64,000 bases of DNA, taken from NCBI RefSeq assembly GCF_006345805.1, contig NC_043007.1, positions 74,028,001 to 74,092,000 of the forward strand. Direction: 5' to 3'. Shown here in pieces: positions 10,821-23,607 of this stretch. How positions within the stretch are numbered: the stretch's first letter is position 1; the number at the start of each line of letters is the position of its first letter. The notes below the pieces were generated by a model. It was not told the DNA's origin and made no database searches. It was given only the letters and a program-made list of their open reading frames with translations. The translations under genes and the position numbers were made by a program. Origin of the DNA: Octopus sinensis. Its lineage: Eukaryota.

Positions 10821-11655
10821 TCTCTATATAATATAAAAGGCAGTTTGTCTGTCTGTGTGTCTGTCAGGTTGTACCCTCACCCTGACCACGGCTTTCAACC
10901 GATTCTGATGAAACTTGACACACACATAGCCCAATGTCATAATTCAAAACTAACGCCGCGAAAATGTTGAAAAGTTCCTCCAGTTCTGAAAAAAATGGAT
11001 AAATTCGACATGGGGTCGAGAATCTAAGCTTATCATATGCAAAACATTTTCCGTTGTAGTTTTCGCAACTTGCAATCGATTTTCACCAAACTCATGGTGA
11101 AGCTTAATGCTACCCTAAGGAACTTAATTCTGACGTTAGTTTTCCATGCAATACCTTACCGTCAGGAAAAATCGATAAAATCATGCCATTTTGGGAAATC
11201 GCGTTCAAATTCAAGATGATATATTTTCAACAATATCTTTAACAAATTGGCAGGAATTTTTTTGAAATTCACAGCGAGCATCATGTCTGCTCCAAGGAGC
11301 TATATGGCCCTTTTGATTCCAATAGGATACGTTATTACTGGAAAAAATTGGATAATTACATCATATGTGGTACACATAGCAAACCGATTTTTCTACGATA
11401 TTTTTTGAAAGTTCACATAGATTTTCCCTACACCGATGTTGGACATCAAGTTTGCATTAAATGTCAAACTAACTACCTTTTGTCAATGCAGTTAACAAGT
11501 ATTGGGAGAAATCGACAAAACCATATCACTTTGAGACCGACCATGATTTTACAAAATAACGGTTCAATGAGTACAAAAAAGAGTAAAAAGGTAAAGGGCA
11601 TTGCTTATTGACAAAGTTTCTTACATACCCGGGCAACGCCGGGCCATGCTGCTAG
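10821..11655 (+). mobile_element. Complete non-autonomous Helitron
   Basis: A|TCTCTATATAATATAAAAGG 5' end; hairpin CCCGGGCAACGCCGGG (11628-11643) and CTAG|T 3' end; no TSD. Confidence 0.85.
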
Positions 11656-12086
11656 TTACTAATAAAACAGTACCTTATCACCTCTTCGCTCATTTGCTCA
11701 TGTAAATTCATACATACAATAATTTCCCATACTTTACAAAACATAAACACAACTGTATGCAAAGAGGTAATTACTTCCTCTTACCATTTTCTAGACATAA
11801 ACCCCCCACAACTACCTCAAGCCTTCATCAAGCACTAGATTAGTAGCAGGTTACCAAATCTACCAGTTGCATTCTTACCTGTAACACTAACGAAACATCA
11901 AATAAAAACAACCACTTACACTCAGCAACATATATGAATATCATTATCAGACACACAAGATAAAAATAGTAAGAATCTTCTGTAACATCTCCACAGCTTC
12001 CACAGCAGAGAAAGAAGACATTGTAGAGAAAACAATCTAAGTGCAAATGTATCGACATCACTCACATGCACCAAATTTGGCCAAGT

Positions 12087-12240
12087 TTTAGCTGTGTGGC
12101 TAAGAAGCTCGCTTTGCAGCCATGTGGTTTCGGGTTCAGTCTTATTGTGCGCCACCTAGGACAAGAGTCTTCTACGATAAACGCGAGCTAACAAATGCCT
12201 TGTAGGTAAATTTGGAAGACGGAATCTGAAAGAATCCCAA
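12087..12240 (+). mobile_element. SINE A 5' half, degenerate
   Basis: Family A head followed by (GATA)n at 12244-12312. Confidence 0.7.
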
Positions 12241-12243
12241 ATT

Positions 12244-12314
<71 letters not shown>

Positions 12315-12573
12315 TTCGTCAACTGAACTTGACTACCTATATTGCTAGAAATAGAAGCTAAATTGCTCCAATGCTTTTACAAATCGCATGACGTATACTC
12401 TGATAGGGCCTGCGATCACCCCGAACACCGAACCAAGAATTCCTTAGACTGACCGGCTAGTTTCGGCTATTTCCGTAGCCATCTCCTGTAAGGCCAGCTC
12501 GTTCTATTGATTCCGGACTAGCTCACCTATCAAAATGTGTGTGTGTGTATATGTGTGTATGTATATGTGTATG

Positions 12574-12606
<33 letters not shown>

Positions 12607-12699
12607 ATGTGTGTGTGTGTGTATGTGTGTGTGTATGTGTGTGTGTGTGTATGTATATATATATATATATATATATCAATATATATATATATAAAGTTT

Positions 12700-12787
12700 T
12701 CGTAATGAGATAAAAAAACCCAAGGCTGTGTAGATTTTAGAACATTTATAGATAGAATGTCTTACAGCTGTTTCCAGGATATTTATT
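12700..12787 (-). mobile_element. Truncated copy of the PLE-like terminus at 18934-19050
   Basis: Shares GATAAAAAAACC-CAAGGCTGTGTAG..GTCTTACAGCTGTTTC; keeps only the 3' half of the hammerhead. Confidence 0.75.
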
Positions 12788-12951
12788 GTAAGAAAGCTTA
12801 ACAAGCATCCACCTGCTAGAAATAAGAGCTAAAGTCTTAAATTTATCCACGGTACCGCACCAAGATAACAGAGAAAAACAGTATGCGAGGAAAACAGAAA
12901 GAATTAACACATTTAACAGAACAAATAGAAATATTATGCGATTAGGGATAT

Positions 12952-13008
12952 CCACAAACCACAGGTTTCGGCTTTTGGGTATTTAAACCCCGAGCCTCGT
13001 CAGTGTGG
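12952..13008 (-). ncRNA. Type I hammerhead ribozyme, intact core
   Basis: Minus strand: CCACA-CTGACGA-GGCT CG GGGT(TTAAAT)ACCC AAA AGCC-GAA-ACC(TGT)GGT-T-TGTGG; stem I 5 bp; triplet GUU. Confidence 0.8.
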
Positions 13009-13444
13009 CCTACCGGGTAATAATCCATAACTGTCACGTTAAACTCTGACTGTGCAACTGGTTTCTTTTTGCGCCAAAATCAGAGTACATGGAGCATAAA
13101 ATTTTATAAGCAAAACATTCAAACACTGAGATTTGAAACCAGATGTTACTACTGTTCATATCATCTGTGGATATATTTTAAAATTGATATACATTCACCA
13201 TGAAAAATCCATGGGTGATTTATCAGATCGCTAATGCGTTTACAAAAACTTAATAAAAAAAACGGTTGTTTGCAATATGATACCGTAAAGGAAAATTATA
13301 ATCGTCACCTAAACTAGACTAAAGGTGTGAATAATACCAACTTTGCTAAAAATAGGAGCTAAAGTGCCCCAATTTTGTTACAAAGCACATAACATACACT
13401 CTGATAGAGGCTGCAATCGCACTTTACCTTCTACTTATTTCAAC

Positions 13445-13623
13445 TATTATAGTGCGGCCATGCTGGGGCACCGCCTTGAAGAATTTATAGTCGAATGTAT
13501 CGACCCCAGTACTTTTTTTAAGACTGGTACTTCTTTTATTGATCTATTTTACTGAACCGCTAAGTTCAAGCTGTGGTTGTCAAGCTGTGGAGGATGGAGA
13601 CAAACACTGACACATATACATAG

Positions 13624-13689
<66 letters not shown>

Positions 13690-13838
13690 GTATATACGAC
13701 GGGCTTTCAAATCCACTCGCAGGGATTGACCCGAGGCTATAGTAGAAGACACTTGCCCAAGGTGCAACGCAATGGGACTAAACCCGGAACCATTTGGTTG
13801 AGAAGCAAACTTCTTTCCATACAACCACGTCTGCGCCT
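13445..13838 (-). mobile_element. SINE A
   Basis: Family A on minus strand with internal (CA)n. Confidence 0.85.
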
Positions 13839-13861
13839 TAATGTCTAAGAATAATAAATAT

Positions 13862-14035
13862 AGGCGTAGGAGTGGCTGTGTGGTAAGTAGCTTGCTTACC
13901 AACCACATGGTTCCGGGTTCAGTCCCACTGCGTGGCACCTTGGTCAAATGTCTTCTACTATAGCATCGAGCCGACCAAAGTCTTGTGAGTGGATTTGGTA
14001 GACGGAAACTGAAAGAAGCATATCGTATATATGTG

Positions 14036-14081
<46 letters not shown>

Positions 14082-14276
14082 TGTGTCTCTATTTGTCCTC
14101 CAACATCGCTTGACAACCGATGCTGGTGTATTTACGTCCCCGTAATCTAGCGGTTCGGCAAAAGAGAACGATAGAATAAGTACTAGGCTTACAAAGAATA
14201 AGTCCCGGGGTCGATTTTGCTCGACTAAAGGGCGGTGCTCCAGCATGGCCATAGTCAAATGACAAGTAAAAGAGTA
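13862..14276 (+). mobile_element. SINE A, full length
   Basis: Head AGGCGTAGGAGTGGCTGTGTGG; tail CAAGTAAAAGAGTA; a further 3'-half fragment at about 14320-14512. Confidence 0.92.
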
Positions 14277-14711
14277 TACATGTGCGTGCGTCTGTGTGTA
14301 TGTGTGTGTGTTTTTTTTTGTATTCATGTTTGTCACCCCACTGCCAGTGGACAACTGGTTTTGGTATGTTTACGACCATGTAAATTGGCGGTTCGTCAAA
14401 AGTGATCGATAGAATAAATATCAAACTTTTAAAATAAGTACTGTGTTCGATTTGCTTAATACTTCAAAGCTGCGCCCTGGCATAGCCGCAGTCCGACGAC
14501 TGAAACAAATACATAATTGAATCAAAGATGATACTAATACACAAACATTATAGTTATATGAATCACGGATTATACTAATCCTGCCTGAATCCCCCAATTA
14601 ATCAAAATAAATTGTGAAGAACACCAAATAGCTGACATCAGTCCATGCTACGTAGATCACACACACACACACAGACTAGGTACACATCGAAAGGAAACTA
14701 TCCAAATTAGT

Positions 14712-14920
14712 TTCAAACTTTGGCACAAGGCCAGCAATTTCGGGGGCGAGTGTAAATCGGTTACATCGACCCCAGTGCTCAAATGGTACTTATTCTATCA
14801 ACCTCGAAAAAATAAATGGCAAAGTCGACCTCCAGAACGGAATTTGAACTCAGAACGTAAAGAAAGAGTGATGGAAATAAAGCTAAGCTTTTTTGCCCGG
14901 CGATTCTGCCAACTCACTGC
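14712..14920 (-). mobile_element. SINE B2, degenerate
   Basis: TTTGGCACAAGGCCAGCAATTTCG tail and GGAATTTGAACTCAGAAC B-box region. Confidence 0.75.
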
Positions 14921-15526
14921 TTTTAGATTTATATATTAGGGTAGGAGAACTAAGAGTTGTATCAAGACATTGGACCGAACTACGTTTGTTCTCGAATGAG
15001 ACAAACAAGTGCAGTTGTTTGAGCGTCGACATTTGAACACGTTGTCTGGACATTCACCTGTCCGAGTGCAAGAGGCTAACGCACCTACACATATGCACAT
15101 GTGCGTACAAAAATATACAAATAGAGAGAGACATAGATATTGCACATAGGTGCAAGCATAACTAGATACTCACACCCATAAACAGAGAATGAGAGAAAAA
15201 GAGGAGGGAGGGAGAGATTGAGAGAAACGTTAAAACATTTGCTGTCAAATGAGTAAGCATCGAACCAGCGACACCAACTAGGCGGCGCCAAAATGCTGTG
15301 TCAAAACGTTCCACAGTTTTTTTTTTCGCATGGTGCTACTTTCTCAGATTCCCTCGATTATACAACAACAACAATAACAAGTGATAATGCGTGTTTAGCT
15401 AAAAAATGTAGACCTGTTGGTGTTATAAAAAAAGACCCACTGCTATATATCATAATATACGTCTACGCACTGATGTAAATGTAAGCAGCTCTGTTGGATT
15501 TGCCAATATGCAGGGGTATGTATATA

Positions 15527-15568
<42 letters not shown>

Positions 15569-15579
15569 ATCTATATATA

Positions 15580-15622
<43 letters not shown>

Positions 15623-16017
15623 TCCGTAATAATGAAGGGTGAATTATTACTTTGGAATATTTCAATTACAACCAGTAGTCTTCGGCATGTAAAAGCCTCA
15701 TTCGAGAAAATTAAGTAATACTAAGCAATAAAGGTTTAGCAACGAATTGCCTTACCACATACCGAATTTAGAAATAGCAGTCAAAGAGTTATAGCTATTT
15801 CTTCTCTAAAAAGGGAGATCTCAGTATATATATTATTATATAAGTGTGTCTAAAGCCAGCTGGAGGAGGTGTCCTCCTGGGGCTACAGACTACAGTAGCA
15901 TCCACCCTTAGGGGTTAGCCATATTTAAATGGCAAATACACGTCACGATGTGTTGCAGCGACTGTTATAACTTGCTCTAAGATTTATTATATACACACCC
16001 ACACATCTATATATATA

Positions 16018-16117
16018 NNNNNNNNNNNNNNNNNNNNNNNNNNNNNNNNNNNNNNNNNNNNNNNNNNNNNNNNNNNNNNNNNNNNNNNNNNNNNNNNNNN
16101 NNNNNNNNNNNNNNNNN
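16018..16117. other. Assembly gap (100 N)
   Basis: Run of exactly 100 N next to a (TA)n tract. Confidence 1.
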
Positions 16118-16244
16118 TATGTAGATGAAAACGTATCATAAAGAAGGTGCAATTTATATCATTTGTTTCTCACGTACGTTTCACTATTATAGTTACTTAC
16201 ATCCTGTACATACAAGAAATAATACCCGCATGCACATACACGCA

Positions 16245-16281
16245 CATATATACATACATACATACATACATACATACATCA

Positions 16282-16315
<34 letters not shown>

Positions 16316-16890
16316 CAAACATACTTTACATAGAATTTTAGCCTACACCATACGAATTAAACGATCAGAGAATGTCGGGCGCGATGTAATTTATAGGATT
16401 TATAAAACGTCCAGCAGAGACACAAATCCTTATCTTTGGCACACGAAAGAACAAGTAGCTAATAACAATTCTCTGTGTATACGCACTAGCACTTAGCTAA
16501 ACTGGTTAGTCTGACCTGATTAGCAGAGCAGTCGCTGACACATTGGATTAAATAATTCATAGCGCTACACAGTTTTTTTTTTTCTATTTCTGATAATTTG
16601 AAATCTAAGAGGTATAGCATTGTAAATGTGAGAGATAAAATATATATGACCATGAGCACGAATACACACACACACACACACACACACATATGTATTTATA
16701 CATACATACATACATACATACATACATACATACATACATACATACATACATACATACATACATACTACATACATACATACACACATATATATATGTATAT
16801 ATATTTATATATATGTGTGTATATATGTATACATGTATATATTTATATATACATGTGTGTATATATATATATACATGTGTGTATATATAC

Positions 16891-16921
<31 letters not shown>

Positions 16922-16965
16922 AAGAAGTCTGACTTATATATACATACATATATATACACACAGAC
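16245..16965. repeat. (TACA)n/(TA)n/(CA)n microsatellite block
   Basis: Simple repeats at 16250-16320 and 16660-16960. Confidence 0.95.
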
Positions 16966-17009
16966 GTGTTTGTGTTACTGTGTTTTTGTGTGAGTGTATG
17001 TATAAATAT

Positions 17010-17218
17010 GAGTATGTGTGCTTGTGCCCCAGCACCGCTTAAACCAGTACTGGTGTGTTAGCGTCTCCGTGACTTAACGGTTCAGCAAAAAACCGTTAGA
17101 GTAAGTGCTTGGCTTAAAAAAGGTACGTGATCGATTCATTTGACTAAAAATTCTTCAAGGCAGTACCCCAGCATGGCTGCAGTCTAATGAATGAAACAAG
17201 TAAAATCTAAAAAATAAA

Positions 17219-17317
<99 letters not shown>

Positions 17318-17340
17318 CACATACATACATACATAAATAT
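17010..17340 (+). repeat. SINE A 3' half followed by (TCTA)n
   Basis: Family A 3' body at 17010-17210; (TCTA)n at 17218-17318. Confidence 0.8.
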
Positions 17341-18826
17341 GCGGGCGCGTGTATGTGTGTGTTTATGTGTGAGTGTGTGGCTGTCTGTGTGCGTAACATT
17401 TAAGATTTGATCACAATATCATAAGCTATATATCATTTAATACAAAAGGGCAATGTCTATATACAATGTAATACAGTTAACAGATTTTCCATTGTGGTTA
17501 CTAACAGTTTTTGCCGAACTACTTGCTTCCAATATTTCCCCTTTAAGAGAACGTAGATTTGAAAAAATATATTGTTTCAGCTTCTATTTAAGTGCATACA
17601 TCTTAAACGATAATAGTTATTTCCCTTTAAGAGTAAAATAAACCTCAATAGGTATTATGGGAAACAGATGAATAAAACATATTCCCAAAATAAGAAAAGT
17701 AAAGAGTAAGGATTTTGGAATAATAAAAGCATTCAGAAAAGCAGAAGAGTAAACTGAAGTAAAAGATGCAATCTTTTATAAAGTAGAGTAAATAATTTTG
17801 TTCAAATGGTTTCATAAATATGATCTCTGTTTGGAAAACACAGATCTGAGATTTTCTGGAAAAGGAGACACTTTGAGAAGCATCAGTTATGTCACTGAGT
17901 TAAATTATCTTTAACTGACTAACATCTCAAAGACACACAACGTCATGCACACAGCTGAGATAAGCATGTATATATGAACTATAATTTTCATTATTCGTAT
18001 ATTTAACTTCTATTCATTTATTTATGTTTCCTTTTATTATTCCTCTTCTACTGTTTTGATGTCTTATTATATACAAATCCTTTCACTTTGTCTTTGTTAT
18101 ATGTGTAAATATACTTCAGTTAGCATCATTATGATATATACATACATATATACATGTACGTATATGTGTATGTACGTATTTATACAGCATGCACAGAAAC
18201 ACACATAAATATGAAAATTAAGCATAGACGACCGGTAAAACCTACAGGACATGATACAAACAAGGTTAGAATGCCCTTTCATCAGTTGATGATTGAATTT
18301 CAACATAATTTCAAGGTAATTAGTCAACAGTACTGCACAATCACTTCAACGAACCCGAGTATGACGCCTGAAACGGGACGACAATAAGTAAGCAACATTG
18401 AACGAAGCAAGCAAAATATAGGCCATATTATGAAGAGTATTAAATAGCGGGGTCTTTCGACAAGAGAAAAAGTAACAAGCGTTACCCCTTGGATGAAGAA
18501 GGAGGTATGGTGGGGAAAAAAGTTACCAGTTGCAGATTAGAAGCTAATAGTAATAAATAAGATAGCGAGGGAGTGGAACTAGGATCATAAGAAATCAAAG
18601 GAATTGAGGGAAGGTTAGATGTGGAGAGAGAAGGGGAGGAGGGAGAGAACTGACTACTGGAGGAAGAAAATGGAAGAGAACGAAACAGAGAGAGAGAGAG
18701 AGAGAGAGAGAATGAGTGAGAGAGAAAGAAAGAGAAAAGCGGAGAGAACGTGGTCGCTGAGAAATAATAAGGGGAATTAAGCATAGACAACAGGTAAACA
18801 CACAGGACAAGATTACAAGCTTAAAC

Positions 18827-18859
<33 letters not shown>

Positions 18860-18997
18860 ATATGTATGTATATATGTATGTATATATGTATGTATATATG
18901 TATGTATATATGTATGTATATGTATATATAAGAATGTTTGCGTAATAAGATAAAAAAACCAAGGCTGTGTAGGTATTAGAGCATTTATAGATAGAAG

Positions 18998-19049
18998 GTC
19001 TTACAGCTGTTTCGAGGATATTTATTAATTATATCCCTTCATCGGAGAC
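18998..19049 (-). ncRNA. Type I hammerhead motif (CCGAUGA variant) in a PLE-like terminus
   Basis: Minus strand: GTCT-CCGATGA-AGGGATAT(AATTAATAA)ATATCCTC-GAA-ACAGCTGT-A-AGAC; stem III is a perfect palindrome; GUA triplet. Confidence 0.75.
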
Positions 19050-19239
19050 GGTGTGAGAGGATGGTTAAGTTATAGTTAGTTTAGATGTGATACAAAATAG
19101 AGAGTGAGGTGGAGGAAAGAAAATAGATGCAAGATATGTATGGGTATTGAAGTTGTAAATCCATTTTTCAGGCATCATGGTATATATGCAATATTCCAAT
19201 ATCCTATGAGTAAAGTCCAAAAGTTCAACATATATATGT

Positions 19240-19625
19240 GTGTGTGTGTGTATATATATATGTATGTATTTATGAATGTATGTATGTATGCTTGCATGCA
19301 TGTATGTATGTATGTATGTATGTATGTATGCTTGCATGCATGTATGTATGTAGTATGTATGTATGTATGTAAGTATGTATGCATGTATGTATATATATGT
19401 ATGTATGTAAGTATGTATGCATGTATGTATGTATGTAGTATGTATGTATGTATGCTTGCATGCATGTATGTATGTATGCTTGCATGCATGTATGTATGTA
19501 TGTAAGTATGTATGCATGTATGTATGTATGTATGTATGTAGTATGTATGTATGTATGTATGTATGTATGTAGTATGTATGTATGTATGTATGTATGTATG
19601 TATGTATGTATGTATGTATGTATGA
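19240..19625. repeat. (TATG)n compound microsatellite
   Basis: Direct inspection. Confidence 0.95.
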
Positions 19626-19987
19626 TATCATCATGATCACCATGATCATCGAATTACGTATGTTTTCCATCCTGGCATGCATCGAATGGACCGTTACTGT
19701 GGGAGTCAGTTGCTATCTGGAGTTACTGCCCACCATCCACCTAGCTGGGTCGGAAACTTGTATCACATTTGTTATGATTTGTATAAGCTCATCTTCTTCC
19801 TAACATCAACAGCTTTGCAGAGTGTACAGTGTATTTTTATTGGGACACCAGTCATCGAAATGTTGGCATCGAAATGTAGGCAAGATTAAAGGTCTTTGCT
19901 CTCTGTTCATTCCCAAAAAGCTGTAGGTATTGCAATTCGAAGTTAATCTCAGTGCAGATACACACATCGCGCACGTCTGTCTGTCTA

Positions 19988-20070
<83 letters not shown>

Positions 20071-20521
20071 CTTTTACTCACTTTTACTGTGGCTGGGGCA
20101 CAGATATAGCAAAAAGTGTTGGTAATGCTAAATTTACCCTTCATCTTTTCGGGGGTCGATAAAATAAGTACCAGTTGCGTACTGGGTCGATTTAATCGAC
20201 TGTCCCCAACCTTCAAAATTTAGGGCCTTGTGCCTAGAATAGAAAAGATTTTATAGTTGATTGCACTGAAAAATAAGTTCAGTGCTGTGTAATACTTTAT
20301 TCACTCAATACAAATTTCCACCCAGGAACCTCTTAGACTCTTGACTATTTGCAGGAACTTATTGAGTTAAAGAAGTGGTCTTACTTGGTCACAAATTGAC
20401 TTCCAGAATGTATGCATGTATGTATGTATGTATGTATGTATGTATGTATGTATGTATGTATGTATGTATGTATGTATGTATGTATGTATGTATGCTTGCA
20501 TGCATGTATGTATGTATGTAT

Positions 20522-20896
20522 TCTTTTATTCTTTTATTTGTTTTAGTCATTTGACTGCGGTCATGCTGGAGCACCGCCTTTAGTCGAAGAAATCGACCCC
20601 GGGACTTATTCTTTGTAAATCTAGTACTTATTCTACCGATGTCTTCTGCCGAAGCGCTGGTTTACGGGAACGTAAACACACCAACATCGGTTGTCAAGCG
20701 ATGTTGGGGGACGAACACAGACACACACACACACACACGGGCTACTTTCCGTTTCTGTGAACCGAATCCACTCACAAGGCTTTAGTCGGCCCAAAGCTAT
20801 AGTAGAAGAAACCTGTCCAAGGTGCCACGCAGTTGGACTGAATCAGGAACCATGTGGTTGGTAAGCAAGCTACCTACCACAGCCACTCCTTCGCCT
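20522..20896 (-). mobile_element. SINE A
   Basis: Family A on minus strand; preceded by (TATG)n at 20410-20520. Confidence 0.88.
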
Positions 20897-20917
20897 AGGT
20901 ATATATGTATGTATGTT

Positions 20918-21150
20918 AAGGCGGCGAGCTGGCAGAATCGTTAGCACGCCGGGTGAAATGCTTAGCAGTATTTCGTCTGTCTGTACGTTCTGAGTTCAAA
21001 TTCCGCCGAAGTCGACTTTGCCTTTCATCCTCTCGGGGTCGATAAATAAAGTACCAGTTTCGCACTGGGGTCGCTGTAATCGACTTAATCCCTTTGTATG
21101 TCCTTGTTTGTCCCCTCTATGTTTAGCCCCTTGTGGGTAATAAAGAAATA
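20918..21150 (+). mobile_element. SINE B, full length
   Basis: AAGGCGGCGAGCTGGCAG head; flanked by duplicated TATATGTATGTATGT. Confidence 0.9.
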
Positions 21151-21230
21151 TATATGTATGTATGTAAGTATGTATGCATGTATGTATATATATAAGTAGC
21201 TTGAGTGTGTGTTCGTGCGTGCGTGCGCGC

Positions 21231-21290
<60 letters not shown>

Positions 21291-21295
21291 AAGAA

Positions 21296-22030
21296 TTTAT
21301 TCCGACCTGCACTTACTGCGATTGTTCTGTTCAACAGAAACTCGTGAACAGCTTGATGATCATTAGCTGCCAACCTAAACAGTCATTCTACTTCGTTCTG
21401 TTCAATTATTACTCGAAGTTTTTCTCTCGTAGTCCTGCAAACATCGCTGCGATTTTTACGACATTTGACAAATTCAAGCAGTGTGCCAGTTTAAAATTTT
21501 TTAGGAAAAAAAATCCGTAAATCTACAACGGAGGAACTCAAAATACTTCCTTTAAACTCTTGGCGGATTTTCTTGAGGTTGAACACAAAATTTTGAAAGA
21601 CACACGCGTTTGAAAACCGGTTTAAGTCTCAGTTCGAGCGAATGAGCGTTCTCGGTGACCATTCATTTGCAAAACGCCGGAAAATTTGGAAAAAAATTCG
21701 CCGAACAGTCTATTATTTCTTTGACATGATTGCAATCAATTATGAAATTTGCCGGGAGATTCTCACCGAAAACCTGAACTCGTTGCGAAATTTACTCCTT
21801 CCGTCATCAGTCCCAGTTCTCGACAGGAGTGTATGGTGTGTACCTTGAGCTTTGAGAAGAAGCTATCTACGTTTGTGTACCGGGCCACAGTTCATTCCTG
21901 TCGCTTTACATCAACCTTTTGTTAACTGAATGTATCTTATATACACGAATCGGTCTCAAACCTGCTCTCCTGCTCTGCCTGATGAAACGTGTCCAGTACA
22001 TCGAAACCGTATTGGGAAGTTTATACTTAA
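21296..22030 (+). mobile_element. Possible 3' relic of a Penelope-like element
   Basis: ORF 21642-21848 (KRRKIWKKI..IAINYE) loosely resembles a GIY-YIG C-terminus; downstream CTGATGA (21979) ... CGAAAC (22002) hammerhead boxes. Confidence 0.4.
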
Positions 22031-22184
22031 TTTTTTAAAAATTCTATTTCTTTTACTTGGACTTCTGCCGCGCTTCTAATGAATTCTTGTGATGTTGGGT
22101 TATTGAGCGCTTTCAAGAAAATGTACCTCGCTTAGACGGATCTAGTGTGCCCCGTGTGAAGAACTAGTGTGTCCATTTGTCTCA

Positions 22185-22522
22185 CACACACGCACGCACA
22201 TACACACACATACACCCACCCACACACACAACACACACCCATACACACACACACACACACACCACACACCCACACACACACACACACTCACAGACACACA
22301 CACACAACACACACACAAACACAAAGACATATGGGGAGAGAGAAAGAAAGAGAATTTTTTATTCACCATAAGGTTGAGAAAAAGAGGGGACGATACGAGG
22401 ACAGACAAAACAAAAACATTGGGGAGAGCGAGAGAGAGTGTGTGTGAGAAAGAGAGAGAGCGAGAGAGAGTATGCGTGAAAAAGAGAGAGAGTGTGTGTG
22501 AGAGAGAAAGAGAGAGCGAGCA

Positions 22523-22575
<53 letters not shown>
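22185..22575. repeat. (CA)n and (GA)n microsatellites
   Basis: Direct inspection; source of ORFs 22142-22682. Confidence 0.95.
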
Positions 22576-23056
22576 ATTGTGGAAACAGCATTTTACCCAC
22601 GTTGCTTAGAATACATTACTGTGTCCTGGTTATAACATATTTTATTAAAGAGTTTTCGTATTTCTATATGGATTTCTCATAGTTTATTCGGAACAGTTAA
22701 GTCCCAGAATTCAACCACAACGTCTTTAATCTTTCATTGACTTGTCATTAGATTGAACAGGTGCTGACAAGTGTGTTTCTGTTTCTGTGAAGTAGACAAG
22801 TCCAGTGCTTGTTGTATCTTAGTAATAGGCAAACCCAGTATAATTGGTGTAGACGTTTTTTTTGCTAGAATTTACATTTTGCTCGTTCAATTTATACACC
22901 AACAGTCAGAGGTTAAGTTTTGCTTGCGACTACTGGACGTTGTCCTACTCTTCATTTCAGTATTGTATTATGTGATATGATTGTTACACCCGGCCTTATT
23001 TGTCTATTTTCTGGAAATTTCTATAACAGTGTAACTATGTTGTACGTTAGAGTTTT

Positions 23057-23492
23057 GGATCTTTTCGGTTTGAACGGCAGTTTTTTCTAGCGGTGTCATA
23101 TGAAATTGTCACCCATAATTATGACCCTAGCATCGATCTATTGCATTCCAATCTGTTTTAGGATTAGGGTTAGAGTTAGGGTTAGGGGTGGGGGGAAGGG
23201 TATCTTTTTTTCTTCACAAATGTAAATAAACTCAATCTGTTTCTTAAACGTGGGACATATTCATACGGCACAGAATGTTTTTTATTTGCCTCAATAGACG
23301 TCACTGATTGGTTGAAATTGCAGAAATTGAAGAAAATAAAAACAACAAATATCTTACAAACTATAGAATTTTCTCAATAAAGCCAAGAGAAAAAGATGTT
23401 TTATAAACACATTCTACCAATATACGAAATTTAAAATTTTTTAGTTACGTGGAAATTATTTTAAAAAACTGCCGTTCAAACCAAAAAGATCT
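23057..23492. mobile_element. Merlin-like MITE, second copy of 4387-4834
   Basis: Same TIRs and internal TTAGGG tract; flanking GAGTTTT duplicated (23050-23056, 23493-23499). Confidence 0.88.
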
Positions 23493-23607
23493 GAGTTTTC
23501 GTATCTAGTCTTATATTGTACTTTGTGGTGTACTACATTGCAGCTGCTCCTTGTTGTCCATGGCAGGAGAGTATCGAACTTTAATGCCAATATAATGGTT
23601 CTAATTA

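Noticed and set aside
10905-10915. CTGATGAAAC in the Helitron as a hammerhead core
   Set aside because: No stem II between the boxes and no stems I or III.
15668-15706. Minus-strand CGAATGA-GGC..GCC-GAAGAC motif
   Set aside because: Both core boxes are damaged and stem I is absent; at best a fossil PLE end.
16018-16117. Any structure spanning the N run
   Set aside because: It is a placeholder gap of unknown true length.
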